Source: Candidatus Latescibacterota bacterium (GTDB lineage Bacteria; Latescibacterota; UBA2968). From it: a DNA stretch of 64,000 nucleotides. The translations under genes and the position numbers were made by a program. This document shows, piece after piece, positions 55,009 to 64,000 of this stretch; position 1 is the first letter of the stretch; the number at the start of each line of letters is the position of its first letter. The notes under the pieces were generated by a model. It worked only from the letters and a program-made list of their open reading frames with translations, ran no database searches and had not been told where the DNA came from. The DNA lies in the NCBI GenBank assembly GCA_965207885.1, contig OZ242311.1, forward strand, positions 512,001 through 576,000. The letters are read 5' to 3'.

Positions 55009-55416
55009 CGCTCCTGCCGCGGCTTGTGTGGCTCGAATATGGGTTGCATCCATCATCCAGGTCGCATAATCTAAAAGACCATCTTCACCCAATTTGAGAT
55101 GTAGCTTTTCTACAATGCGATCAAAGGTGCCATCCTGTTTCCATTTGCAGAATCGGTCAAAGGCTGTCTGCCAAGGACCATATCGTTCTGGCAGGTCGCG
55201 CCAAGCTGCACCTGAACACAATATCCAGAAGATCCCGTTGAATAATGTACGATCATCCCGACGGGGACGACCCATCTTCTTCGGCGGTGGGAACAGGTCT
55301 TGGATCAGATGCCAAGCCTCGTCGCGCAGTTCATATCTCCGTTGCATATCATACTCCTTGGTTTAGGGCGTATGCTGCAACTAAAATACATACTTTACGA
55401 CTTTTCAGACACTACC
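54480..55416 (-). mobile_element. IS5-family element, copy 2, 937 bp
   Basis: Same TIRs, TA duplication and ORF translations as copy 1. Confidence 0.95.
54985..55347 (-). CDS. IS5 transposase N-terminal ORF
   Basis: Identical translation to 8827..9189. Confidence 0.95.
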   Translation of the reverse strand: MQRRYELRDEAWHLIQDLFPPPKKMGRPRRDDRTLFNGIFWILCSGAAWRDLPERYGPWQTAFDRFCKWKQDGTFDRIVEKLHLKLGEDGLLDYATWMMDATHIRATQAAAGAKKKGQKG

Positions 55417-55436
55417 TAGGACAGGAGAGTGCCTGT

Positions 55437-56498
55437 CTATCTGAGCAGCGCACCGCAATCCCAATCCTTATACGCTTTCATCGCATTCCGAACCGAGAAC
55501 GCGCGCTTCCATAAGATCGGGCAGAAGACACACGATAGCACGGATAGCCGATAATCGTATTCGAATTGGTCTCGGCTGTAATTTTTGATGCCACCAGCTA
55601 TGAGCTTTCTATAATAGAAATCCATGAGAGGACGTTCGAGTGCTTTGCGCTCGGATGTCCCGTGGATCAGCATGTAAGCGAGGTCGTAAGCACCAAGTCC
55701 TCGCTTGTAGGTTTCCCAATCGAAGAGAATAATCCGGTCCTTTGAGGGGTCTTTCGGGTAAAACAGGTTCCACAAGTGCGCGTCGCCGTGTAGCATTGTG
55801 ATATTTTGGCCGTTTGCGACACGCGCGAGGAATACATCGGGATATCCGTGAATTACGCGCTCCATTATTTCGATGTGAGAGGGATTGAGGTCGTCTCCCA
55901 GTTCTCGTGCCAGCGGTTTCAGGGCTTTTTCAAAGCTGGCGCAGCTATCGCGCACGTCTTCTTCCGATATCGCCTGAGCCATTCTAAGTGGGCCACCGGC
56001 TTGCATCATGAATGGCCACTCGTCCAAACGTGGATCATTCCACCATTGGATGTGATATTTGAGTAGTTCTTCAATTACGGCTTTGTGAAGTTGTTTGGTG
56101 GCCTCCTTTGGCCCATCTTTATGTGTCACCGACAGGTCTGGCATGAAATAGTGACAGTTTTTCTCATTGTGATCGAATCCACAGTCAAAAACGGGACAGA
56201 CAGACGCATCAGGCGTTTTTGGCGCGAGTTCCTCGTAAAATGTCCATTCGATGACGCCGCCTCCGAACCATCCCTTTCGATATATCTTTAACACAATTGC
56301 ATTTGGAACATCACCCATGTAGTCATCGCTGAATGTCAGCGATAGCCTGTCCCATTCCGCGCACGATGATCCGAATGAGTCCGTTTTTTTCATGGATGTG
56401 ACCGAACCCGATTTCAGGAATCCGTTGCGACTAAATCGATCCGTTAAGAGTGCAGGTGTCAGTTGCTCGACATCGGTGATGGGTTCTGATAATTTCAT
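55437..56498 (-). CDS. Aminoglycoside/choline-kinase-like phosphotransferase (EcKinase-like)
   Basis: VLK, HGDAHLWN, LFDWE, DLAY. Confidence 0.85.
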   Translation of the reverse strand: MKLSEPITDVEQLTPALLTDRFSRNGFLKSGSVTSMKKTDSFGSSCAEWDRLSLTFSDDYMGDVPNAIVLKIYRKGWFGGGVIEWTFYEELAPKTPDASVCPVFDCGFDHNEKNCHYFMPDLSVTHKDGPKEATKQLHKAVIEELLKYHIQWWNDPRLDEWPFMMQAGGPLRMAQAISEEDVRDSCASFEKALKPLARELGDDLNPSHIEIMERVIHGYPDVFLARVANGQNITMLHGDAHLWNLFYPKDPSKDRIILFDWETYKRGLGAYDLAYMLIHGTSERKALERPLMDFYYRKLIAGGIKNYSRDQFEYDYRLSVLSCVFCPILWKRAFSVRNAMKAYKDWDCGALLR

Positions 56499-56563
56499 TA
56501 GCTCTTTTCCTGGGAATAAGGACGTATTGAAGGAAGAGAGATTATTTTGTATTCATCAAGAGA

Positions 56564-56989
56564 TCATGCTATAATGCGTTCCATGCGAACCTGCATGATT
56601 TGGAAATCAAATGTCACTATAAAGTGCGATAAAAAGTTTAGCCCGATCAAACCATCGAGTTGAAGTTGATCGGGCAAAGGCATCGCAGTTAGTTCGAGAT
56701 TTTCCAGCTTTTCTTCGCCCAACTGCATACAGCCCAACCGATAGCCTCTGACCATTTCTACGCCGGTTGCAGATGCAATCCGGTATGGTGCTGTCGTGGG
56801 TTCGAGATCGAGTTGTTGAATCAGAGATGGCGTAAGCAAAGTGGAAGTTGCGCCGGTATCGAGCGCGACATAAGCATCAGCATATTTTTGTCCGTGATAC
56901 AACTGCACATAAGTTGTGATCAGGCGTTGTCGAGACTGAATTGGAAGTGTAATCACAATATACAGATCCTTTACAACGCTGCATGCCAT
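56564..56989 (-). CDS. Retropepsin-like (clan AA) aspartic protease
   Basis: ALDTGATST and GLIGLNFL. Confidence 0.85.
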   Translation of the reverse strand: MACSVVKDLYIVITLPIQSRQRLITTYVQLYHGQKYADAYVALDTGATSTLLTPSLIQQLDLEPTTAPYRIASATGVEMVRGYRLGCMQLGEEKLENLELTAMPLPDQLQLDGLIGLNFLSHFIVTFDFQIMQVRMERIIA

Positions 56990-57207
56990 CCCTTAGGGAG
57001 TACATCACCGGCGAAACGAACAAGGGTATGATCTATATCTTTTTCAATGGCGATGTTCGCAATCACTTGACGGCTCGGGTCATGGGCAACAAATTGCACT
57101 TTGGTAGGCCAATCGTGTTCGTCTGTGTCCGTAACTTCGAATAATAACCATTCGTTTGGATATTTGTCGAAGTACGGCGCAATCAGTTGGTCTAAATCGA
57201 GAATCAT
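56971..57207 (-). CDS. Small acidic protein (DUF5678-like) coupled to the protease
   Basis: KYPNEWLL...VAH motif; AAGGAGG RBS; overlaps the protease start. Confidence 0.7.
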   Translation of the reverse strand: MILDLDQLIAPYFDKYPNEWLLFEVTDTDEHDWPTKVQFVAHDPSRQVIANIAIEKDIDHTLVRFAGDVLPKGWHAAL

Positions 57208-57300
57208 AATGATGCCTCCTTGAAGGCTGCGACAAAATCGTTGTTATTGAAAATAAAGCCAGAGTTTTGCGTGGCGTCAAGGATGAAAGAGGAGAAAGTT

Positions 57301-58932
57301 ATGTCTGGTATAGATGTGGGACAGATTGGATGGAAGGCGGAGAGTAAGACGGGTGTTGTGGCAGCGGGTGGCGCAGGTGCTGTGGCAGCGGGTGTTGAGA
57401 TTTTGGATAGGGGGGGCAATGCGGCCGATGCAGCCGCTGCGACTATTTTTGCGCTGAATGTTACGGATCACGGCGCGTGTTCAATTGGCGGGGAGGTTCC
57501 GCTTCTTATTTTTGATGCTGAGACTTCGGAGGTGAAAGCTTTGAGCGGACAGGGGCGGGCGCCGCGATCTCAGGAGGCGATTGACTGGTATATGGAGAAT
57601 GGTATTCCGGGGGATGGCGATATGAAGATGGCACCCGTGCCTTCGGTTGTGGATTTGTGTATTACGACGCTTAAACGATACGGTACGATGTCGTTTGAAG
57701 AGATTATCGCTCCTGTGCTCGCTTTGCTCGATGCGGGGGAGGATGACTGGCATCCCAATCTTGCGAGGACGTTGCGAAAACTCGTTGAGGAGGAGCATCT
57801 TACGTCGGGGAGTCGGGAGGAGAAGTTGCAAGCTGCCGCGGATCGCTTTTACGGGCGGAATAAGTATCGCAATGATATTGCGGAGGAGCTTGAGGCTTTT
57901 TATATCGCAAAGGGGGGTTTTTTGCGCCGGGAAGATCTGGCGACGCATGTTACGACGATTGAAGATCCGGTTACGGTTTCTTATCGGGGATATACGGTTT
58001 GCAAGTGCGGGCCGTGGACACAGGGTCCTTATCTGTGTCAGGCGCTGCGCTTGCTGGAGAAGTTCGATGTCAAGGCTATGGGCCATCTTTCGGCTGATTA
58101 TGTTCATGTGGTTACGGAGGCGATCAAGCTGGCGATGGCGGATCGCGATGCGTATTATGCCGATCCCGATTTTTCGGGTGTGCCTCTGGGGGGATTGCTT
58201 TCCGATGCGTACACGGATCTGCGCGTGCCGCTTATCGATATGCAGACGGCTTCTCTGGAGGCGCGTCCGGGGGATCCGTATCTGATGCAGCCGGTTGTGG
58301 ATGGCGGTGTGTTCCGTCCGGGTACGGGGGGGACGACGACTTGTGTAGTGGCGGATCGCTGGGGCAATGTGGTCGCGGCGACGCCGAGTGCCAATGTTCA
58401 CCGGCCTACGATTGATGGGGGGAGTACGGGGGTTACTTATGGGAATCGCCTGCGGAGTCTGAATACGACGGCGGGGCATCCGAATTGTATCCAGCCGGGG
58501 AAGCGTCCGAGAATTACGTTGACGCCTACGCTGGTGCTGAAAGATGGGCAGCCGATTCTCGGTATTAGCGTTGCGGGTGGGGATTTGCAGGATCAGACGA
58601 CGTTGAATTTGTTGCTGGATTTTGTGGAGTTTGGGATTATGCCGGAGGAGGCTGTTACGGTGCCCCGTTTTGCTACGGCGCATCACAACGATTCTTTTGA
58701 TCCCAATCCCATCCGCGATCAGACGTTCAAACAGGCCGGGTCGTTGACGCTCAATGATGCGATAAATCAGGATGTGCAGGACGATCTCGCCAGGCGGGGA
58801 CATCAGGTTGAGGCGAAAGCATCCAGTATTGCGACGCCTGTTATGGTTTATGTGGATCGGGAAGAGGGCAGGTATTACGCGGCAGGCGATCCCCAAGCAG
58901 GGCGTCACGCCGCGGGATTGGAGGATGGGTGA
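57301..58932 (+). CDS. Gamma-glutamyltransferase family Ntn hydrolase
   Basis: GGNAADAA, LAMADRDAYYADP, TTTCVVADRWGN nucleophile, PGKRPR, GGDLQ; start uncertain (57220-57301). Confidence 0.9.
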   Translation: MSGIDVGQIGWKAESKTGVVAAGGAGAVAAGVEILDRGGNAADAAAATIFALNVTDHGACSIGGEVPLLIFDAETSEVKALSGQGRAPRSQEAIDWYMENGIPGDGDMKMAPVPSVVDLCITTLKRYGTMSFEEIIAPVLALLDAGEDDWHPNLARTLRKLVEEEHLTSGSREEKLQAAADRFYGRNKYRNDIAEELEAFYIAKGGFLRREDLATHVTTIEDPVTVSYRGYTVCKCGPWTQGPYLCQALRLLEKFDVKAMGHLSADYVHVVTEAIKLAMADRDAYYADPDFSGVPLGGLLSDAYTDLRVPLIDMQTASLEARPGDPYLMQPVVDGGVFRPGTGGTTTCVVADRWGNVVAATPSANVHRPTIDGGSTGVTYGNRLRSLNTTAGHPNCIQPGKRPRITLTPTLVLKDGQPILGISVAGGDLQDQTTLNLLLDFVEFGIMPEEAVTVPRFATAHHNDSFDPNPIRDQTFKQAGSLTLNDAINQDVQDDLARRGHQVEAKASSIATPVMVYVDREEGRYYAAGDPQAGRHAAGLEDG

Positions 58933-58969
58933 TTGCATAGAGTAGCGGTAAACTCAAATTTGAGAGTAT

Positions 58970-61870
58970 ATGAGTAAACGCACTGGGAAATCGATGCGAA
59001 CCACGCAGCATATTATCGCGTTGATATGCTTTTTTTTGTCGGGGTTTGCCGGGCTGGTTTACGAGGTTGCCTGGATACGGCAGGCCGCGCTTTTGTTTGG
59101 GTCAACGACTTTTGCGGTGAGCGCGGTTTTGGCTGTTTTTTTTCTGGGTCTGGCTATTGGTGCGTATCTTTTCGGGCGCATTGGTCAACGAACTGCCCGG
59201 CCGCTTATTCTTTTTGCGTATATCGAAATTGGTCTGGGTCTTCTGGCTCTGATCAGTCCCTATGTTTTTGATTTTGCAGATTTTCTCTATGGCATCGCGT
59301 ATAGAATCTTGAGCGATGATCCCTTCCTGCGGTTTACTACCCGTCTTCTTCTCGTTGCGCTCGTCGTTTTGCCGCCCACTGTTCTGATGGGCGGTACGCT
59401 TCCTCTTTTTTGTCGTCAGTATTCGCGCAATAGCGGTAGAATTGCGCGTGCTGTTGGTCTTCTCTACGGTGTCAATACCCTGGGCGCTGCATTGGGTTGC
59501 GCGGCTGCGGGGTTTGTTTTTTTGCCGGATCTGGGTCTGCGCGGTGCGATCTATATCGGTGTGGTATGCAATATTCTGAGTGGTGTTGTTGTTCGCGCGC
59601 TGTCTATTGCGCGGGAGGATGTGTTTGCTTCTTCAGAGCAGTCCCGCGGTGTGAGTGGCGGACTTCCTCGGAGTAGCGTTGTATTTGTTCTGTTTTTTGC
59701 TGTTGGATTTGTGGCTCTGGGTGCCGAGGTGCTGTGGGTGCGGTATCTGGGGCTTCTGATCAATAATACGGTTTATACTTATACGCTGACGCTGGGCGTT
59801 GTGCTGGTTGGGCTGGTTCTGGGGAGTGTTCTCGCTGCTCAGTTTTCCGATAGGACAGAGAGACGGGCGTATTATTTTGGCGCGTTTCAGGTTGCGACGG
59901 GTCTTGTTGTGCTGGCTCTTTTGATGCTTTCGCCCGGGGCATGGCGAGGGTTGGGCAGTGATCTGTATATCTATTTTGCGGTGCTTTTGCCTCCTGCTGT
60001 GTTGAGTGGTGCGGCTTTTCCGCTTGCGATTCGGTTGGTGATTAGTAATGCGGAATATACGTCTGGGATGGCTGGGAATCTGATTGCGGTGAATACGCTT
60101 GGGGGTATTCTCGGGTCTCTTTTGATTGGTTTTGTGGGTATTCCCTTTTTTGGTCTTGAGAAGAGTCTGTTTTTTATTACGAGCGCGAATCTTGCTATTG
60201 GCATTTCTGCATGGTTTTTGCTGGATGGAAGATATCGCGTGTTCAAATATGTGGCTGCGCTGGTCGCTGTTCTGGTTTATCTGGGGATTCCGTATTTTTC
60301 GCAGACGCAGGTGCCTGCGGATTTTATCGGCGAGGGGCGGGATCTCGTGGCGTTCCGAGAGGGTTATGGCGCGAATATGGCGGTTGTCCGGCGGGAGGAT
60401 GATCTGGAGCTGGAGATTGATCGCTGGTGGCAGGGCGGGAGTAAGAAGAACCACCAGATTATGGCGGCGCATGTGCCGATGCTTTTGCATCCGAATCCCA
60501 AACGGGTCGTTGTTGTGGGGGCTGGTACGGGGCAGACGGTTAGTCGTTTTTTGATGTATCCCATCGATTATCTGGCGTGTGTGGATATCGAGCCTGCGCT
60601 TTTTCCTTTTATTGAGGAACATTTTGAGGCGGATTGGATGAGGGATCCGCGCGTGAAGATTATCGCTGAAGATGGGCGCAATTTCCTGCGCCATACTGCG
60701 GCGACTTATGATATTATTTCTCTTGAGCTTGGCGAGGTTTCTCGTCCGGGTGTGGCGTTTTTTTATACGGTTGATTTCTATGCGCGCGCCCGAGAACGTC
60801 TGGCACCAGGTGGGTATCTGGTGCAGTTTGTGCCGTTGCGTTTTTTGACGGAGGACCAGTTCCGCGGTGTTGTGCGCAGTTTTTTGACTGTTTTTCCGCA
60901 GAGCGTTTTGTGGTATAATACGTCTGAGCTTTTGCTTATTGGTTCGGTGGATGATGCGTTCAAGATTGCTGAGGGGAAATTGTTGGGGATGGATGAGGAG
61001 GTTCATGCGGATCTCCAATACAGTCACTGGGGCGGGGTGGCGTATTCTCTCAATCAGCCGCATGTTTTTTGGGGTGGTTATTTGATGGGGGCGGAGGGGC
61101 TGGCTTCTGCGACGGTTGAGGCGGATACGTATTGGGATGACCGACCGGTTCTGGACTATGAGACGGTTCAGAATGTGGAGAGCGATGGGCTTGCGTTTGC
61201 GGAGATGTTGTATAAATACCGGGATTCTATTGATGCGTTGATGCCGGGGGAGGTTGATGCGCGTATTGCGGCTGTTCAAAATAAGAATTTGAGGGAGATC
61301 GCCGCGCGCGTTTTTGTGCGTGAGGCGTCGGATTTGATTCCCACGCGAGAACACAGACGTATTGCAACGCTTTGTGCCGAGGCGATTCGCCGACTTCCCG
61401 AGTATGTGGATGCGCATCGCATGTTTGCCGATGCGATGATGCAACTGGGTCGCTTGCAGGATGCCGAAAGACACTATGCGCGGGTTTTGGAACTCGATCC
61501 CGCAGATGCTCGCGCGCTGAATGGTCGCGCTGTGGCGTTTCACCGCGCGGGACGGCTTGAGGATGCGGTTCGCTATTACGAGGATGCGATTCGCTACTAT
61601 CCGAATAATGCGCTGTCGCAAAATGGTATTGCTATGGCGCTTCACAGGCTTGGACGCTTTGATGAAGCGATTCAGTATTACAAGGATGCGATCCGCTTGC
61701 ATCCGGATAGGCCCGATACGTATGCCGATCTGGGTACGGCGCTGGCACAGGCGGGGAGGTTGCGAGAGGCTGTTCCCTATTTGGAGAAGGCGCTCGCTCT
61801 TCGGCCGAATTTTACACGGGTGCAGCGCGTTCTCGCGCAGATACGCGAAGAAGTGGGAAGTGAGAAGTAG
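58970..61870 (+). CDS. Fused MFS-like / spermidine-synthase-like methyltransferase with C-terminal TPRs
   Basis: SGFAGLVYEVAW, GLLYGVNTLG, VVGAGTG, EDGRNFL, several TPR repeats. Confidence 0.9.
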   Translation: MSKRTGKSMRTTQHIIALICFFLSGFAGLVYEVAWIRQAALLFGSTTFAVSAVLAVFFLGLAIGAYLFGRIGQRTARPLILFAYIEIGLGLLALISPYVFDFADFLYGIAYRILSDDPFLRFTTRLLLVALVVLPPTVLMGGTLPLFCRQYSRNSGRIARAVGLLYGVNTLGAALGCAAAGFVFLPDLGLRGAIYIGVVCNILSGVVVRALSIAREDVFASSEQSRGVSGGLPRSSVVFVLFFAVGFVALGAEVLWVRYLGLLINNTVYTYTLTLGVVLVGLVLGSVLAAQFSDRTERRAYYFGAFQVATGLVVLALLMLSPGAWRGLGSDLYIYFAVLLPPAVLSGAAFPLAIRLVISNAEYTSGMAGNLIAVNTLGGILGSLLIGFVGIPFFGLEKSLFFITSANLAIGISAWFLLDGRYRVFKYVAALVAVLVYLGIPYFSQTQVPADFIGEGRDLVAFREGYGANMAVVRREDDLELEIDRWWQGGSKKNHQIMAAHVPMLLHPNPKRVVVVGAGTGQTVSRFLMYPIDYLACVDIEPALFPFIEEHFEADWMRDPRVKIIAEDGRNFLRHTAATYDIISLELGEVSRPGVAFFYTVDFYARARERLAPGGYLVQFVPLRFLTEDQFRGVVRSFLTVFPQSVLWYNTSELLLIGSVDDAFKIAEGKLLGMDEEVHADLQYSHWGGVAYSLNQPHVFWGGYLMGAEGLASATVEADTYWDDRPVLDYETVQNVESDGLAFAEMLYKYRDSIDALMPGEVDARIAAVQNKNLREIAARVFVREASDLIPTREHRRIATLCAEAIRRLPEYVDAHRMFADAMMQLGRLQDAERHYARVLELDPADARALNGRAVAFHRAGRLEDAVRYYEDAIRYYPNNALSQNGIAMALHRLGRFDEAIQYYKDAIRLHPDRPDTYADLGTALAQAGRLREAVPYLEKALALRPNFTRVQRVLAQIREEVGSEK

Positions 61871-61899
61871 GACGTGTGAACCATAATAAGGAGGGCGCT

Positions 61900-62853
61900 A
61901 TGTCCAAATTTGTCTGTTTTCTGTTCGTTGTTTTGCTGTTTCAATCTGTTGATGCGCAGCAACCACAACAGCCACAACAACAAAACCGACGCCAGCAACG
62001 CACAATCACCGTGGAGCGAATTATGCAACAGTTACCCGAAGGTGTGACTTTTATTCCCGATATTGCGTATCGCGAGGGGAACGAGGCGTGGAAACTCGAT
62101 CTCGCGATGCCCACAGAGCGCGGCGAGTTTCCACGTCCTGCTCTTGTTTTTATCCACGGGGGTGGGTGGAGAGGTGGGGATAAACGTCGGGGAGGTTTTC
62201 TTCGTCCTACTATCAGCTATGCAGATAGGGGCTATGTTTGTGTTACGGTGAACTATCGGATGCTCGATGAAGCGCCTATTACCGCGTGTGTTGAGGATGT
62301 GAAGAATGCGGTGCGCTGGCTGCGCGCCCATGCCGAGGAGTACCATATTGATCCCGAGCGGATTGGCGCGAGTGGAAATTCCGCGGGGGCGCATCTGGCT
62401 GTTATGCTGGGTGTGTGTCCTCCTTCAGCTGGGCTTGAGGGCGATGGGCCTTACCAGGAGTATTCCAGTATGGTTCAGGCTGTTGTGGCGAGTGCTACGC
62501 CTACCGACTTCCTGTCTGCTATGAGTGACCGTCAACGCAATCAGCAGCGAGCACGCCCTCCTCGCAAAAATGAGCTTAGACTGGAATCCGAAGAGGTTCG
62601 CGCTAAGGTTTCTCCTGTGACCTATGCCTCGGCTGATGCACCACCTATTTTGCTCGTCCATGCAATATCTGATCGCACGGTTGGTGTCTATCATTCGGAC
62701 AAGCTTGTCAATGCGCTGCGAGAAGCTGGTGCCAAGAATGTCAGTTATATTCTTCTGGGCGATGAGAGTGGACACGGTGCTTTTCAGCGCAATATCGCGT
62801 TTACCGAGCCTGCCCGTGAAGCTTTTTTTAATCGTGTGTTAAAGGCAAAATAA
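61900..62853 (+). CDS. Secreted alpha/beta hydrolase (HSL/BD-FAE-like esterase)
   Basis: HGGGW, GNSAG, D..V, GHG; signal peptide and Gln-rich linker; AAGGAGG RBS. Confidence 0.9.
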   Translation: MSKFVCFLFVVLLFQSVDAQQPQQPQQQNRRQQRTITVERIMQQLPEGVTFIPDIAYREGNEAWKLDLAMPTERGEFPRPALVFIHGGGWRGGDKRRGGFLRPTISYADRGYVCVTVNYRMLDEAPITACVEDVKNAVRWLRAHAEEYHIDPERIGASGNSAGAHLAVMLGVCPPSAGLEGDGPYQEYSSMVQAVVASATPTDFLSAMSDRQRNQQRARPPRKNELRLESEEVRAKVSPVTYASADAPPILLVHAISDRTVGVYHSDKLVNALREAGAKNVSYILLGDESGHGAFQRNIAFTEPAREAFFNRVLKAK

Positions 62854-62854
62854 G

Positions 62855-64000
62855 ATGACTCTATATGAGCTTGAAGCGCGGGTGGCTGGCGCACAGCCGG
62901 GCGATGTGATTACGCTTTCCGATGGCGTGTATGATGGTGAGAGGTGCAAGCTCGCGGCAAGGGGGACCGCAGATCAGCCGATTGTTATTCGGGCTGAGAA
63001 TATGGGGCGGGCGGTTGTAAAGGCACCGCTGCTGGTGGTGGGAGATTATATCAGTTTTGTGGGGCTGCACTTTGTGGAGAAGGGGAGTGTGGAGATTCGA
63101 GGGAGGGGTTGTCGCATAAGTCGCTGTGTGATGACGGATGTTCAGGTTGGCAAGTGGATACGGGTGAGGGCAGAGAGTCGGGAGGTTGAGGTTGATCGCT
63201 GCCGGTTTGAGAATAAGACCAATAATCTCGAGGAGACGCGCGGCTGCCAGTTGATGCAGATTTACGTTCGGAATCAGGGCGAGGGACACCGTGTTCATCA
63301 TAATTATTTTGTCGATGTTCCGGATGGTAAGGAGAGCAATGGATACGAGACGCTTCAGCTTATGACGGAGGGGAATCCTTACGATCCGGAGCCGGGCGAT
63401 TGTGAGACGGTGATTGAGTACAATCTTTTTGTGCGTTGTAGTGGGGAGGCGGAGATTATTTCTGTGAAGTCCAATGGCAATATTCTCCGCAGGAATACGT
63501 TTCGCGATTGCCGGGGGGCGCTGGTGCTTCGGCATGGGCATGGCAATGTGGTGTCTGAGAATTTCTTTTTCGGCGAGGGCGAACGCCGGGCGGGCGGTGT
63601 GCGCTTGCAAGGGACGGATCAGGTTGTGGTGAATAATTTGTTTCACTCGCTCAATGCGTTTGGGGTGGGGATGATGGATGGGACGACGGATGATCTCTAT
63701 GTACGGGTGGAGCGCGCGCTGATTGCGTTTAATACGTTTGTGGGATGTAGTCCGGCGATGGTTGTGGGGCTAAATCACAGCAGGTATCCCAATGGCACGG
63801 CGCCTAAAGATTGTGTGGTTGCGAATAATGCTTTTGTGAGATCCGATGGGACTGTGCGGCTGGTGCAGGACGATGAGCCAGTGGATTGGATGTGGGAGGG
63901 GAATGTGACGGATGGGGATTTGGGTATGCCTGATCGGGATGGGATAAGAATTGCTAAGGTGGATGTGGATTATCTGTCCAATGGGGTTGTTGCGCCAGCA
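62855..64000 (+). CDS. Polysaccharide lyase family 6 (chondroitinase B/alginate lyase-like), runs off window end
   Basis: Manual translation: AQPGDVITLSDGVY, NGYETLQL, GEAEIISVKS, LVLRHGHGN, GGVR. Confidence 0.88.
   Translation, partial: MTLYELEARVAGAQPGDVITLSDGVYDGERCKLAARGTADQPIVIRAENMGRAVVKAPLLVVGDYISFVGLHFVEKGSVEIRGRGCRISRCVMTDVQVGKWIRVRAESREVEVDRCRFENKTNNLEETRGCQLMQIYVRNQGEGHRVHHNYFVDVPDGKESNGYETLQLMTEGNPYDPEPGDCETVIEYNLFVRCSGEAEIISVKSNGNILRRNTFRDCRGALVLRHGHGNVVSENFFFGEGERRAGGVRLQGTDQVVVNNLFHSLNAFGVGMMDGTTDDLYVRVERALIAFNTFVGCSPAMVVGLNHSRYPNGTAPKDCVVANNAFVRSDGTVRLVQDDEPVDWMWEGNVTDGDLGMPDRDGIRIAKVDVDYLSNGVVAPA

Noticed and set aside
8322-55416. Composite transposon bounded by the two IS5 copies
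   Set aside because: Each copy has its own intact TA target context (copy 1 restores a gene), which indicates independent insertions
57481-61702. 485-aa and 689-aa minus-strand ORFs
   Set aside because: Antisense to the GGT and MFS-spermidine synthase genes; explained by codon bias
62861-63646. 261-aa minus-strand ORF
   Set aside because: The real gene is the plus-strand PL6 lyase, missing from the track because it runs off the end

Overview
Bacterial chromosomal segment. PorV, T9SS-type C-terminal, GWxTD and DUF6785 genes plus internalin-like LRR genes suggest an FCB-superphylum, Latescibacterota/Gemmatimonadota-like and possibly sponge-associated organism (inference only). (1) 1-12.6 kb is a decayed accessory island: an ECF sigma factor with a structured leader, several toxin-antitoxin relics, two nucleotidyltransferases (one flanked by integron-cassette-like inverted repeats), an IS5-disrupted HEPN-like/YebY-like gene, an HNH nuclease and an IS3. 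(2) 12.6-30.5 kb is mostly housekeeping (pdxH, pdxJ, tig, clpP, clpX, engB, serA, purA, YhdH-like, UbiD-like) plus an Rpn nuclease with an apparent intragenic antitoxin start. (3) Two tandem LRR genes follow, then a tightly packed nine-gene minus-strand operon (OM barrel, TonB receptor, T9SS-like cargo, PorV, GWxTD, DUF6785, DegT aminotransferase, cysteine hydrolase, deacetylase), which is the best candidate for an uncharacterised system. (4) Next come ahpD, three tandem small membrane paralogs with a conserved leader, an aquaporin relic and an orphan McrB-like AAA protein. (5) The end holds metabolic genes, a second IS5 copy and a truncated PL6 lyase. I found no rRNA, tRNA or CRISPR array. 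All family calls come from motif recognition by eye, not database searches.
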